60,436 nucleotides of DNA, from IMG/VR virus record IMGVR_UViG_3300032287_002746, positions 1-60,436 of that record; one strand, 5' to 3'. Source of the DNA: a virus (lineage: Duplodnaviria > Caudoviricetes). How positions within the stretch are numbered: the stretch's first letter is position 1; every line of letters begins with the position of its first letter. Shown one piece after another: positions 27,507-37,723 of this stretch. Below the pieces are notes generated by a model that worked only from the letters and a program-made list of their open reading frames with translations, searched no databases and was not told where the DNA came from. The position numbers were made by a program, and so were the translations under genes.

Positions 27507-28127
27507 ATGAAAGACTTTTATGATCATCTCGTAAAAAATGAAACAACTCCTAACGGATTGTTTGTGCTACACTGTTTACATAAGAGTTATGCATATCAAA
27601 ATTATGTGAATACTTTAACAGAACTATACAGATTAGAAATGCATGGTTTTGTTGCTAAAAAACAAAATGATTTTGGTACATCTTATGTAATTACAACTAA
27701 AGGTCTTCATCTGTTAAAAGAGTCTGAAGACATTTTGGTTCGAAACAAAAGAATTAAAAAGAATGAAGTTCCGTTTGAAGACTGGCAGGAAAAAATTGTT
27801 GCGTATAACAACATGTTTCCTAAAGGTAAAAAAGAAGGATCCTCAGTAAGTTTTAGAACTAATCCAAAAGAACTATATGACAAGTTTAAATGGTTCTTTG
27901 GTGAGTATCCTGATTATGATTGGGATATGGTATTTAAAGCAACTGCAGAATACGTGAAACCGTTTGATGAAACATCAGACTATCAGTACATGCAGACTTC
28001 AAAGTATTTTATTAGGAAAGATGATAAAAATAAGAATACTACTTCAACTCTTGGCACCATGTGTTATAACATAGTAGAAGGTAATCTTGATCAGGTTTCT
28101 GACAATTACAAATATTTTGGTGATTAA
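27507..28127 (+). CDS. winged-helix / replication-initiator-like protein
   Basis: N-terminal wHTH-like (YVITTKG); C-terminal AT..Y..YMQTS.YFI.K. Confidence 0.55.
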   Translation: MKDFYDHLVKNETTPNGLFVLHCLHKSYAYQNYVNTLTELYRLEMHGFVAKKQNDFGTSYVITTKGLHLLKESEDILVRNKRIKKNEVPFEDWQEKIVAYNNMFPKGKKEGSSVSFRTNPKELYDKFKWFFGEYPDYDWDMVFKATAEYVKPFDETSDYQYMQTSKYFIRKDDKNKNTTSTLGTMCYNIVEGNLDQVSDNYKYFGD

Positions 28128-28131
28128 AAAG

Positions 28132-28162
28132 ATAAGGGGGTTTATATACCCCCTTTATTCTT
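28132..28162. terminator. bidirectional terminator at the main strand switch
   Basis: AAGGGGGT-TTAT-ATACCCCCTT with A/T flanks. Confidence 0.8.
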
Positions 28163-28306
28163 TTACTTTCCTTGTCCTCTGTACAATTTCTTGTAATTCT
28201 TTGAGGATTTTAAAACAGATGTTTTAGTTTTTGAATGCACGCCAGGTCTATTTACTTTTGGTCTTGGTTGAAACGTGCTGACTTGTGCTGATTTTGCTTT
28301 CGCCAT
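28163..28306 (-). CDS. 47-aa highly basic protein (absent from the ORF track)
   Basis: MAKAKSAQVSTFQPRPKVNRPGVHSKTKTSVLKSSKNYKKLYRGQGK*; fits exactly between the upstream gene and the terminator. Confidence 0.75.
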   Translation of the reverse strand: MAKAKSAQVSTFQPRPKVNRPGVHSKTKTSVLKSSKNYKKLYRGQGK

Positions 28307-28328
28307 TGGTTAGTGTTTTAAATTTAAG

Positions 28329-28697
28329 TTAGTATTCTGTTTTTTGTATTTCTTTACATATCAATCTCCATTCTCTATATTGACCTCTATCTAAGTTTGC
28401 GTATGGGAAAAATCCATATTGGAATTTCTGAAACTTATCAAGTTCTTCCCACTTTACAGGATAGTATCTAAAATATACAAATCCAAAAAATAAAGTTGTT
28501 GCTAATAATGCGTACAACACCCATATAAAAAACGTAGGTGTTGGATAATTAGGATTAGTTACTGCAAACCATCCTGTTATAACCATTGTAGGAAATATAA
28601 TTCTACTTGCTCTTGGAGCATTGTACATTTTTCCAAACAGATTAACTGTATAGTCAAGTACAAAATTTTTAACTAAAAATTGTCTTATTGTTTTCAT
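28329..28697 (-). CDS. two-TM membrane protein
   Basis: Two hydrophobic segments. Confidence 0.7.
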   Translation of the reverse strand: MKTIRQFLVKNFVLDYTVNLFGKMYNAPRASRIIFPTMVITGWFAVTNPNYPTPTFFIWVLYALLATTLFFGFVYFRYYPVKWEELDKFQKFQYGFFPYANLDRGQYREWRLICKEIQKTEY

Positions 28698-28702
28698 AAT
28701 TA

Positions 28703-29125
28703 TTAAATTGATATTTCTTGTGCTTGAATAAATATATTGTCTACTTGTTCTTCTGTCATTAGTAATATATTTTGTAAAAATTTAATTGTAGAACTACCTC
28801 TTTCAAATTCAGTACCCTCATTCCATACTGCAAGAGCATCTCCTTTTGTTGGTTCCGGTAATTGATTAAGAGCATTTTCTACATCTGTAATTAAATTCAT
28901 TTTTTCTAAAATTCTTTTTATTCTCCAGCGTTTTACTTCTTGAGGAACAAGTAGTTTTCTTTGAATAGCTAAATCTACTTCTGACAAGTAATCTGTTTCA
29001 AATACTTCTCCATTATTTTGAAGATATGTAACATAATCAATGTATAAAGGATTACCTTCTTCCATTGGAACTACTACTTGATCTTCGTTAATTGTGGTTC
29101 CGTATATTGTTATATAATAGCTCAT
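28703..29125 (-). CDS. tail fibre assembly chaperone-like protein
   Basis: Directly downstream of the fibre; W.EGTEFER and TEEQVDNIF..A pattern. Confidence 0.65.
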   Translation of the reverse strand: MSYYITIYGTTINEDQVVVPMEEGNPLYIDYVTYLQNNGEVFETDYLSEVDLAIQRKLLVPQEVKRWRIKRILEKMNLITDVENALNQLPEPTKGDALAVWNEGTEFERGSSTIKFLQNILLMTEEQVDNIFIQAQEISI

Positions 29126-29139
29126 AATATAATATGGTT

Positions 29140-31800
29140 TTATGCACCTACAAGGTTACGTTTTGTTAATTGACATCCGTAGTTTTTAAATGATACAGCT
29201 CCTGTAGCTGCTGTATTATTACCCATCCAAATTGCAGCGTGATGATTTACTCCTGTATTGTAATCTCCAGTAATATTAGTAGTTGTTACAGTAACTACAC
29301 CTGCATTTGTTATTTTATAAAGTTCCATAAATATTACTGGAACTGATACTTTTTTATAAATTCTAATTCTATAAGTACTTGTTGTATCTGTTCCTAAAAA
29401 TCCTGAACCTAAATCAAGAGAAGATGCAATACCTGTGGCGTCATTCCATATGAAGAAAAAGTTTGGACTTCCTTGTAATTTAGCAACACCTACACTGTTT
29501 ATCATATTAGTTGGTTCAATATTAGTTGGAGTTGCTGTTCCATACATATTAGAAAGTCCTGCAAAAAACCTTTGAGCACCATTGTTTGTATTAATTCTAA
29601 ATCTGTATGAAAAATCAAATTCAAAATTTGATCCAAAAAACCCTGCAGTTCCAAAATTAGTTCCAAAGAATCCTGTTACAGAGCCAACCGCTGTTGCTGT
29701 AGTAAATTGCTGCCCCATTGGGTTTTCAGCTAAAGCAGTATTTGTGCCTGTAACAAGAAGGGTTCCTCCAACACGAAGGTTGTCCCAAAGTAAATTAGTA
29801 TCAGAAGGTAATAAGTACGCATACTGATTAACCATAAACTTGTTATACAAAAAGTTGGTATCGTCAATAGTAATCTGAGGTGTTGTAGTAGGATTTGTTA
29901 CAACTACAGTTTGACTTGGATTAGTCATCACAGCACTTACATTTGTAACGCCTGTTCCTGCCATTATACCTGATTGTTGAGTAACCGTAAATAATGTTGA
30001 TGCAGTTGAAGGGAAATTAACCGTTCCTGCATTAAATCGAATACCAACATTAGTAATATCTGTAGTAGCCCAAACTATTTGATAAAAATCTCCTGCAAGA
30101 ATATCTAATAAGAAGTTCCACGTAACAATAGTATGATAAGGGTCTCCCGGATTCTTTCTTGGTTCCATACCTACTGTCCCTGTTGAACCGGGTACATCAG
30201 CAGCACTTGTAACTCCATTTTTTCTTAGCCATATAAATATATCTTGAGGAGCATTAGAATCATTTTCAAACTGAGTTGAAAATTGAAGATTATAAACTCC
30301 TGAATTGGCAAAAGTAATTTTTGTCAAGTTTGTTCCATCAGAAACTACAGTAATTCCATTAGACAAATCAAGAGTACCAAATCTCATTGGAACACCTACA
30401 TTATTTATTGTGGCATTTTGATTATTGTAGTCAAAAAACTGACCATAGTAACCTAATGGAGTAGGTGCAGTATTTGAGTCCCACTTTAAACCTGTTGGTG
30501 TTGTGCTATCTGCAATAAGAACCTGAGTGTCTAATCCAACTGGTAATCTTGTATCTACTGTAGCATTTCTAACATATATATCTCCTTTAGTTGTTAAAGG
30601 AGATGGTATAATGTCGCTAAGTAATGCTATTGTACCACTTTGATTTGGTAATAACCAAGCTAAATTGGTTGAAGCAAGTGATTGTAATGAACCTAAAAGT
30701 CCTGCAAATTGAAAACTTGTTCCCCATACAGTTCCATCATCTCCTAATCTTGCACCCCCTGCTGTAAATATATCATTTGCTCCTATATTTATATTTCCAG
30801 TTGCTCCTGTGTATGGAACGTAACCTGTTAATGCTGAAGAAGTAATAAATCCTGAAGGATTACTATTTGGGTAATATACCGTAGTATCTAATGCAAATGT
30901 ACCAGCTGCAGTCATTTTTACAAAAGGTGTACCAGATACCCAAGTAGGATAATTTAATGCTCCCCATGTACCAACACTTGGTATTGAAGGACCTGTACTA
31001 ACAGAACCATCTGCCATTAAATATTGCAAGTTAGTACCACCAATTTTTATATATTTATTTGCAGTTGCTTCTCCAGCATTATTAACACGAAATACTGTAT
31101 TTGCAATAAAACCTGTATACTTAACAAAATTTATGTAATCACCAGTATGTAACGGTCTACTGTTAATTCTTATTCCTTCAGAAAATGCAGATGTGTCATC
31201 AAAGTCACCATAAAACCCAATATTTTCTGGATTAGAAACTTGAACATTATAACCTGTCATTATACCATTTGCAGGTGCTGCTTTACCATTTATTTTTACA
31301 ATTATAGCATCTGGTGTTCCACCAGGTAAATTGTAAAATGGCATATTAACATACAGTGTAGAAGGAACATTTGCCACATTGCTTGCACCGTAATCACAAT
31401 AAATTGTACCATTTACATCAAATGTAAAAGGTGTTATAAAACTACCTGGTCTATTAACTATTATTGAATTACCATTGTCTTCTATAAGCGAATTACCAAT
31501 GCTTGTTGGTGTAAAAAATTTAGGTATACGATTTGGTGTACCAGAACCTGTAATACCACCAAAAGTAGAGATTGCATTTTGTAATTTTTCTAATGCTGTA
31601 AGCACTGAATCTGCAGCTGTAATAGTACCTACTAATGGAGTAAATCCATCAAGAGGTCTATCAAGTACTACATCATTTTCATTTGTACCATCATACAACT
31701 TAAAATATCCATTTTTAAGGTAGAATTTTTTGAATCCTGGTTGCACAGAACCTGGAGATCCAACATAATTCGCTACATGTATGGGTACAAGATGTTTCAT
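29140..31800 (-). CDS. tail fibre / receptor-binding protein
   Basis: G/T/N-rich beta modules (YVPYTGAT, TTKGDI...LPVG..QVL.ADST..TGLKW). Confidence 0.85.
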   Translation of the reverse strand: MKHLVPIHVANYVGSPGSVQPGFKKFYLKNGYFKLYDGTNENDVVLDRPLDGFTPLVGTITAADSVLTALEKLQNAISTFGGITGSGTPNRIPKFFTPTSIGNSLIEDNGNSIIVNRPGSFITPFTFDVNGTIYCDYGASNVANVPSTLYVNMPFYNLPGGTPDAIIVKINGKAAPANGIMTGYNVQVSNPENIGFYGDFDDTSAFSEGIRINSRPLHTGDYINFVKYTGFIANTVFRVNNAGEATANKYIKIGGTNLQYLMADGSVSTGPSIPSVGTWGALNYPTWVSGTPFVKMTAAGTFALDTTVYYPNSNPSGFITSSALTGYVPYTGATGNINIGANDIFTAGGARLGDDGTVWGTSFQFAGLLGSLQSLASTNLAWLLPNQSGTIALLSDIIPSPLTTKGDIYVRNATVDTRLPVGLDTQVLIADSTTPTGLKWDSNTAPTPLGYYGQFFDYNNQNATINNVGVPMRFGTLDLSNGITVVSDGTNLTKITFANSGVYNLQFSTQFENDSNAPQDIFIWLRKNGVTSAADVPGSTGTVGMEPRKNPGDPYHTIVTWNFLLDILAGDFYQIVWATTDITNVGIRFNAGTVNFPSTASTLFTVTQQSGIMAGTGVTNVSAVMTNPSQTVVVTNPTTTPQITIDDTNFLYNKFMVNQYAYLLPSDTNLLWDNLRVGGTLLVTGTNTALAENPMGQQFTTATAVGSVTGFFGTNFGTAGFFGSNFEFDFSYRFRINTNNGAQRFFAGLSNMYGTATPTNIEPTNMINSVGVAKLQGSPNFFFIWNDATGIASSLDLGSGFLGTDTTSTYRIRIYKKVSVPVIFMELYKITNAGVVTVTTTNITGDYNTGVNHHAAIWMGNNTAATGAVSFKNYGCQLTKRNLVGA

Positions 31801-31823
31801 AATATAAACAGTTAGTTATACTA

Positions 31824-31831
31824 TAATATAC
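31824..31831 (-). promoter_or_regulatory. putative late-promoter motif GTATATTA
   Basis: 23 nt upstream of the fibre ATG. Confidence 0.4.
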
Positions 31832-31834
31832 GAA

Positions 31835-34800
31835 TTATTGGTTACGTTTCATAATATCAATACGCCAATTTGGATCTGCAATATCTCTAAAGTTTTTAAT
31901 ACCAGTAAGATCGAAAAAGTCTTTCATCAATTTTGCATCGCCTTTCTCATAACCACCAGCTTTTCTCATATAGTGAGAATCTTTCCATATTTCATATTTC
32001 CAAGCACTGTCATCTTCATTAGGTTCTTCACTGCCATTAAAAATATATGATAGTAAAAGATTAAATCCATGACTACTGGTTGCCATTAAGGCGTTAAATT
32101 CACGCGTATATGCAGTAAATGTTGTAAAGTTCTTAACGTATTCTTTAGATCCGCCTCCAATTGGGAACATCGAGTTAGTTTCACCATGAACACCCCAAAG
32201 AACTCTAATTGCGTTGCCTTCTAAGAATGATAGTTCTTCATCGTCATCATCTTTTTTTCTAACATACGCAAGAGCCATCATACTTAAAACTGTAAAGAGT
32301 GCCATTGTCAATGCATCTCGTTTTGCATGTTGAATTTTAGATGCATAAAAACTATTTACTTTTGTTTTGTTATCTCTTAAAAGATTTTTACTACCAAACA
32401 ATACATGTTTAGCAATTTCTTTTGGTCCATAATAACGATATGCTGTATAAAATGCTCTCCAGTATCCTACAGCAACTTCACCAGACTCATAGTTTGGTCT
32501 TAAATATCCAAATCTATTTAACATCTGAGGTATAACATATTTTCTAAAGAAGAATACAAGTTTACCTACTACGTTTTCTTCAAATGCAGTTTGATCTGCT
32601 TTAGCATAGTTACCTTGTGCTCTACGCATTTCAGAATAAATAGTATGTCTTAATCTATTTTCATCTTCTTGTGTATACTCTACATCATTACGTTTTGATA
32701 TGGAACCGTCAGCGTCTTTGTAATATACTTCGTGAGCTGATATTACTTCATCATTACCTTCAGCATCTTTTCTGTACACTTTATCTCCTGTAACAGGATC
32801 AATGTCAAAAGTTTTAAACTTGTAACGATTTAGAATTGCATACATTACTGTAACACCAATTTCTGTATCACCTTTATCTTGTAACAAATATCCAAGTTCT
32901 TGAACATTCATTGCTTTAGATAAAATTCTTCTACCTCTTGAACCGGTTACTTCATCAACATATTTTATGTAGTCTTTTTGCATAGGATTAAATAGTCTAT
33001 ACAACATTGTAGATTTACTAATGTCGCTGACTCTACCCCAGTCACCAAAATAGTTTTTGATAAAACCATTTTCACCAAGACCGTACACCTGACCTTTTGC
33101 CCACATGTAGTCTTCTTTACTATAATGGTCACTTTCCAATCCTCCTGCAGCAATAAATGCCTGAACATTACCAGACACGTAGTTTTTAGTTTGGTTGACA
33201 ACGTCAAATCCAATTCTAATAAAACTGGTATATGACATTACATTATTTACAATCTTGGTAAGTTTTCTATTAAGATATGTAAGAGATTGATCCTGAGCAT
33301 TAATAAACTTTCTTCTTTCAAACTTAAGAATTGAAATTACATTTTCAAGTTCTGCAAGACGTTTGTTCATGTCAATTGGTCTACCTTCATCATCTTTAAG
33401 AACTGCTTTGTTTTGAGTTTGTTTTTTTAAGTCTTCAGAAAGCAATTCAATACCAGAAATAAAAATATCAGCAACCGGTGCAACTTCTTGCATTGCAATA
33501 TTATAGTTTGCCTCTGTTGTCCATTTCATCAAACAACCAATTGCATCTTTTGATTGCATGTTCTCAGGAAGTTGATCGTTAAATCTTAAACGAATTCTAC
33601 CTCCATTATCACCAAAAGTATTTTCTACTGTGTCTTGTACACTACGTGTTTTCCATGCTTTATCAATGTATTGTTCCCATCTGTTTTTTGAACCTTCAAT
33701 GATCCCTTCTCTTGAGAAGTTTTGCATTGTGGTTGAAGCAAATCCAGGAACCTGATATCCAATTTTTTTACCATCAGTTTTTACTTGTAAATCAAAAAAC
33801 ATGGTAGTTAACTTTTTGTAAAAATCAAATAGCTCAGGATCATTCATCATGTTCAAGTATTTTGAATTGATGTTTTCTACTTTGTATGTAGACCTGTCTA
33901 TTTGATATGATTTGTCAGACGCTTGATAAACACCTTTTGGCATTGGAATACCATCTGGTGATTTTAAAAAGTCTGGATTATAAGATGACTCTTTTAATTT
34001 TTTGATTTTATACTTAGGATGTGGCACAGTTTCAGTGTATTCTGCAGCAACACCCGGAGCAGGAAGTCTTTGGTAATTAAAAGATTTTGCTATTGTTCGT
34101 TTGTAAATGTCTTCTTCACTGTCCAATATACTTTGGTATGGTTGTTCGTGAAATTGATTATACCATTTTTCAAATTTCTTTTCTTCAATGTCAAATTGAC
34201 CTTCGTAAAAGATAACATCTTTTGTAGCATTATCAATTGCAGTAGCATCTTTGCTTGCTTGTGCTTTTTCTAAATCAAGTTGTGCTTTGATTAAAAGTTT
34301 CTTTGAACTATTTAATGCTTTAATTTTAGCATCACGAGCATTTATGTAAGATTTACTCAACTGCATAGAAGCAATTCTATTTATTTGCTCTTTAATTTGA
34401 GTCATTCTTTGTTTTTCTTCAGGAGTAAACTTACTCATGTCAACAGTTCTACCTTCGTATATAGACTCAAGTTGTGCTTCTATTTCAGCAATTTGATCTG
34501 CCTCTTCTTCAGTAACAAACTGTGATTGAAGTATACCAGCAACTTTGTGTGGTTTTAGTATTTCAGAACGCTGTTTAAGTAAATCAGACACTGCAGGATC
34601 AGAACCACTTATTTCTGCACGAGCTTCGTATAATGCAGAAAGCTCATCATACCATTGTGATGTAGGTTTCACTACTGTGTTATCAGCGTACCATTTTTTA
34701 AGTAACTCAGGATGTTCTTGATATTTTGCAATTGCATTTGCTTTTCTTCTTTCGTAAAATGCAAAGTTTGTATCAAACTCAAACAGGTTATTAAACTCCT

Positions 34801-37720
34801 CCATGTATGCAGCATAATCAGGATTCATTTTCTTTGCCTTTTCTCTCAGAACTCTGATATCATCTTCAAGCTCTTTAAGTCTATCAAAATCATAATCTTC
34901 AAGCAACACTTCGTTTCCTTCACCTACCTGGAATGTTATTTGTTGTATCTCAAAATATTTTTCCTGAAGTTCATTTCTGATTTCTTCAGGCATCAATGCT
35001 TGTAATTTATAAAAAGATTCGTTAAACGGTAATGATGTATTATCAATCAACCATTTGATTCTTTCAGTATTAAAATTTTCTTTTTCTTTTTTCTTGTCAA
35101 ACAATGCTGTTTTTGCATCCTCATATTCTTGAGTACCATTCTGTTTAGAATTAACCTCGCTTGTCAAGTTTCGAATTTCTTGATTAAATTCTTTTAATTT
35201 TGAGTTATATTCTTTAAATGTACTCTCGTATTCTTGACTGTATGGTTTTACAAAATTTAAACTTCTTTTAGTTTCATATTCACCGGTGTCTTTATTGAAT
35301 ACTTTGTACTCTCTCCACTCAGACATTTCGTCATTTAATTGTTCAACAGAGAATCGTTTTAATAAATTATCTCTGTCTTTGTCAAACTGCATAATTGCAA
35401 AATCATTTTGCATATTGTACACAGCTTTTGCTTGACCATTTTTATACATTTGTGTCATTGCTGAAATAGCAAGATCACTATTAGATGCAGAAGCAATTCC
35501 TTTATCTAATAACAATCCAGAAAACAATGATGTACTATTAAAAGTATCTTGTGCTCCAATATAAACTTGAGAGTTAGGATCTGTAACAGCATTAATATAT
35601 TTCTTTAATGCTTCAATATCATACTCAACTCCTGTAGTAACATATGCACGTAAACGCAATAACTCAAGTTCTTTACGTTGTACATTGTCTAAAATATTTT
35701 TTGCATCAGGACTGCTGTTAGCAATTTTGTTTTTAAAATCAGTAGATACTAATGATATCAAACTTCCTTGTAGTTGTTTAAAAAGACTTGCTGCTTTACC
35801 AGCTTTCATGTCTTCAATTTCTTTTTCTAATTTGGCAATCTTTGGTTCAAGTGCCTGACGTGTTTGCGCATTGATAGAAGAAAAAACTGCTTCACCAGGT
35901 GTCATTAATATTTTAACACCATTTAGTAAAAATGCTTCTCTAAAGTTTGCTTCAATTGTCATGTTGTGTTGACGCAATTGAGTTAACTTTTGCATTACAG
36001 GACTACTTGGAGAAATATTATTATTAGGATCTTCTGCAGCTTTATTTACAATAGACTCAAGAGTTTCAATAATATCGTTTAGTCCTTTTGATCGTATAAA
36101 CGCTTGGTGAATTTGAGTTGTGTCTGAGCTAAAGAAATCAAGTGTTCCAGTTCTAAAAGATTTGATTGCTTCTTTTGACAAATCAGATAACTTTTTAAGA
36201 TCGTCTTCTGTAGCAGCAAGAATATTAAAAAAGTTAATTTCATATGCGGCATCTGTTGCATCTACCTTTTCAGTATAAGTATTGAATGTTGCTAAAGTAG
36301 CTCTTCTAACTGCGAGTAATTCACGCAATGGAGTTGAGTTTCTACCTTGAGAATCTAATTCATTTATTCTATCAAAGATTTCTTCGCTTTGTTGTTTATA
36401 CGCCTCTTTTAAAGCATCCATTACTCTTTTATTTTCTGCTTCAGTAGGAGTAAATTCTAATGTTTGAAAGTTTTTTTCAAGTTCATCTTCAATAGTTTTA
36501 TCACCAATAGGAATTTCTGCATCAATTGCATCACGATACTCTTTTAATCTTTGTGCAGTTCTTAACGGATCTTTTATCCAGTCACCTTGTTCATTAATTG
36601 TTTGTGCGTATGTCGCGTAATCAAAGTAGTTATTACCCTGAAATATGTGTAAAGCATCACCTAAAAATTTATTATTAGCATCTGTTTGATATAACAAAGC
36701 AACAATTTTACTTTCTTCAGTAACAAGACCAATTTGACCAAGCATATTTTCATATGCTTTTAATTGTAGTGTCCAGTTATCATATGCTGTTCTAAGTAAG
36801 TTTGCCTGTTTTAATTTATCAGCCATACCCGGTTTATCTTTAACTTGGTACGAAGTAGTTGCAAGATTTACAAATGCTCTGTCCTTGTCAATTTCTACAC
36901 CAAAGGGACCGGTAGTAACCATGTTGTGAACTTTCTTTGTCTTAAAGTCAAACACTTTTACTTTACCGGTATTACTGATTAAAAGTAAATCCAAACGACC
37001 AACGATATAGTTACCTGCAATATCTTTACCAGCAAGAGTAATCTCTGGTAAGATAAGATATCCTTCATCTTTGTTAATTGCGACATGTTTTGCAACACGT
37101 TGTGCCATGTCAAAAATCTTTTCTTTTGTAAGTTCTTCTATGTAAAATGGATTTTTTTCCAAATATTTCTCATATACTTTATCAAAAAATTCAGGAGTCA
37201 AAACCTGATCAATAATCTTGTTTGTTTTTAATGCCTCAATCTGCGCTTTTTCTAACACATCGTGCATAAATGTACCAAACAGTTTAAATGCTTCATACTT
37301 GGCAGGATCTCCTGCAAAATCTGAAGATCCAATAAATGAAGTAACAGAGTAAGATGGTAATGTATTTCTACCATTTTTTCTTAACTCAATGTTTTTTTCA
37401 AGAAATTCTTGATACTCTCTATTGTTTTGTAAAAGTTTTGAAATTGCTTCTCTTTGAGCATTGTTTGCAAACAAACTAAGATTGGACAATGTAACTGCTT
37501 GTTCCTTAGTTCTTTCCAGTTTGAATTCATCAGAGTGACGAACATGTCGTTCATCATTCTCTTCTACTTTCATACCAGCAATTAAACTTTTTGCCTCATC
37601 GACAGAAGGAATAATGTCTTTATTTAATGCAACTGCAGTTCTTGCCAACGCTTCGTCGCCTCCAAATGCAGCAACAAGGTCTTTAAACAATGGATCATTT
37701 ATGTTAATACAATTTGTCAT
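31835..37720 (-). CDS. 1961-aa virion cargo/ejection protein with N-terminal PD-(D/E)XK nuclease domain
   Basis: GTFMH, PEITL, GRLDLL..VFDFKT, QLKAY; C-terminal TM-like ALTMALFTVLSMMALAYV. Confidence 0.8.
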   Translation of the reverse strand: MTNCININDPLFKDLVAAFGGDEALARTAVALNKDIIPSVDEAKSLIAGMKVEENDERHVRHSDEFKLERTKEQAVTLSNLSLFANNAQREAISKLLQNNREYQEFLEKNIELRKNGRNTLPSYSVTSFIGSSDFAGDPAKYEAFKLFGTFMHDVLEKAQIEALKTNKIIDQVLTPEFFDKVYEKYLEKNPFYIEELTKEKIFDMAQRVAKHVAINKDEGYLILPEITLAGKDIAGNYIVGRLDLLLISNTGKVKVFDFKTKKVHNMVTTGPFGVEIDKDRAFVNLATTSYQVKDKPGMADKLKQANLLRTAYDNWTLQLKAYENMLGQIGLVTEESKIVALLYQTDANNKFLGDALHIFQGNNYFDYATYAQTINEQGDWIKDPLRTAQRLKEYRDAIDAEIPIGDKTIEDELEKNFQTLEFTPTEAENKRVMDALKEAYKQQSEEIFDRINELDSQGRNSTPLRELLAVRRATLATFNTYTEKVDATDAAYEINFFNILAATEDDLKKLSDLSKEAIKSFRTGTLDFFSSDTTQIHQAFIRSKGLNDIIETLESIVNKAAEDPNNNISPSSPVMQKLTQLRQHNMTIEANFREAFLLNGVKILMTPGEAVFSSINAQTRQALEPKIAKLEKEIEDMKAGKAASLFKQLQGSLISLVSTDFKNKIANSSPDAKNILDNVQRKELELLRLRAYVTTGVEYDIEALKKYINAVTDPNSQVYIGAQDTFNSTSLFSGLLLDKGIASASNSDLAISAMTQMYKNGQAKAVYNMQNDFAIMQFDKDRDNLLKRFSVEQLNDEMSEWREYKVFNKDTGEYETKRSLNFVKPYSQEYESTFKEYNSKLKEFNQEIRNLTSEVNSKQNGTQEYEDAKTALFDKKKEKENFNTERIKWLIDNTSLPFNESFYKLQALMPEEIRNELQEKYFEIQQITFQVGEGNEVLLEDYDFDRLKELEDDIRVLREKAKKMNPDYAAYMEEFNNLFEFDTNFAFYERRKANAIAKYQEHPELLKKWYADNTVVKPTSQWYDELSALYEARAEISGSDPAVSDLLKQRSEILKPHKVAGILQSQFVTEEEADQIAEIEAQLESIYEGRTVDMSKFTPEEKQRMTQIKEQINRIASMQLSKSYINARDAKIKALNSSKKLLIKAQLDLEKAQASKDATAIDNATKDVIFYEGQFDIEEKKFEKWYNQFHEQPYQSILDSEEDIYKRTIAKSFNYQRLPAPGVAAEYTETVPHPKYKIKKLKESSYNPDFLKSPDGIPMPKGVYQASDKSYQIDRSTYKVENINSKYLNMMNDPELFDFYKKLTTMFFDLQVKTDGKKIGYQVPGFASTTMQNFSREGIIEGSKNRWEQYIDKAWKTRSVQDTVENTFGDNGGRIRLRFNDQLPENMQSKDAIGCLMKWTTEANYNIAMQEVAPVADIFISGIELLSEDLKKQTQNKAVLKDDEGRPIDMNKRLAELENVISILKFERRKFINAQDQSLTYLNRKLTKIVNNVMSYTSFIRIGFDVVNQTKNYVSGNVQAFIAAGGLESDHYSKEDYMWAKGQVYGLGENGFIKNYFGDWGRVSDISKSTMLYRLFNPMQKDYIKYVDEVTGSRGRRILSKAMNVQELGYLLQDKGDTEIGVTVMYAILNRYKFKTFDIDPVTGDKVYRKDAEGNDEVISAHEVYYKDADGSISKRNDVEYTQEDENRLRHTIYSEMRRAQGNYAKADQTAFEENVVGKLVFFFRKYVIPQMLNRFGYLRPNYESGEVAVGYWRAFYTAYRYYGPKEIAKHVLFGSKNLLRDNKTKVNSFYASKIQHAKRDALTMALFTVLSMMALAYVRKKDDDDEELSFLEGNAIRVLWGVHGETNSMFPIGGGSKEYVKNFTTFTAYTREFNALMATSSHGFNLLLSYIFNGSEEPNEDDSAWKYEIWKDSHYMRKAGGYEKGDAKLMKDFFDLTGIKNFRDIADPNWRIDIMKRNQ

Positions 37721-37723
37721 GTC

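Noticed and set aside
29140-31800. Diversity-generating retroelement target
   Set aside because: No reverse transcriptase and no template/variable repeat pair seen in the window.
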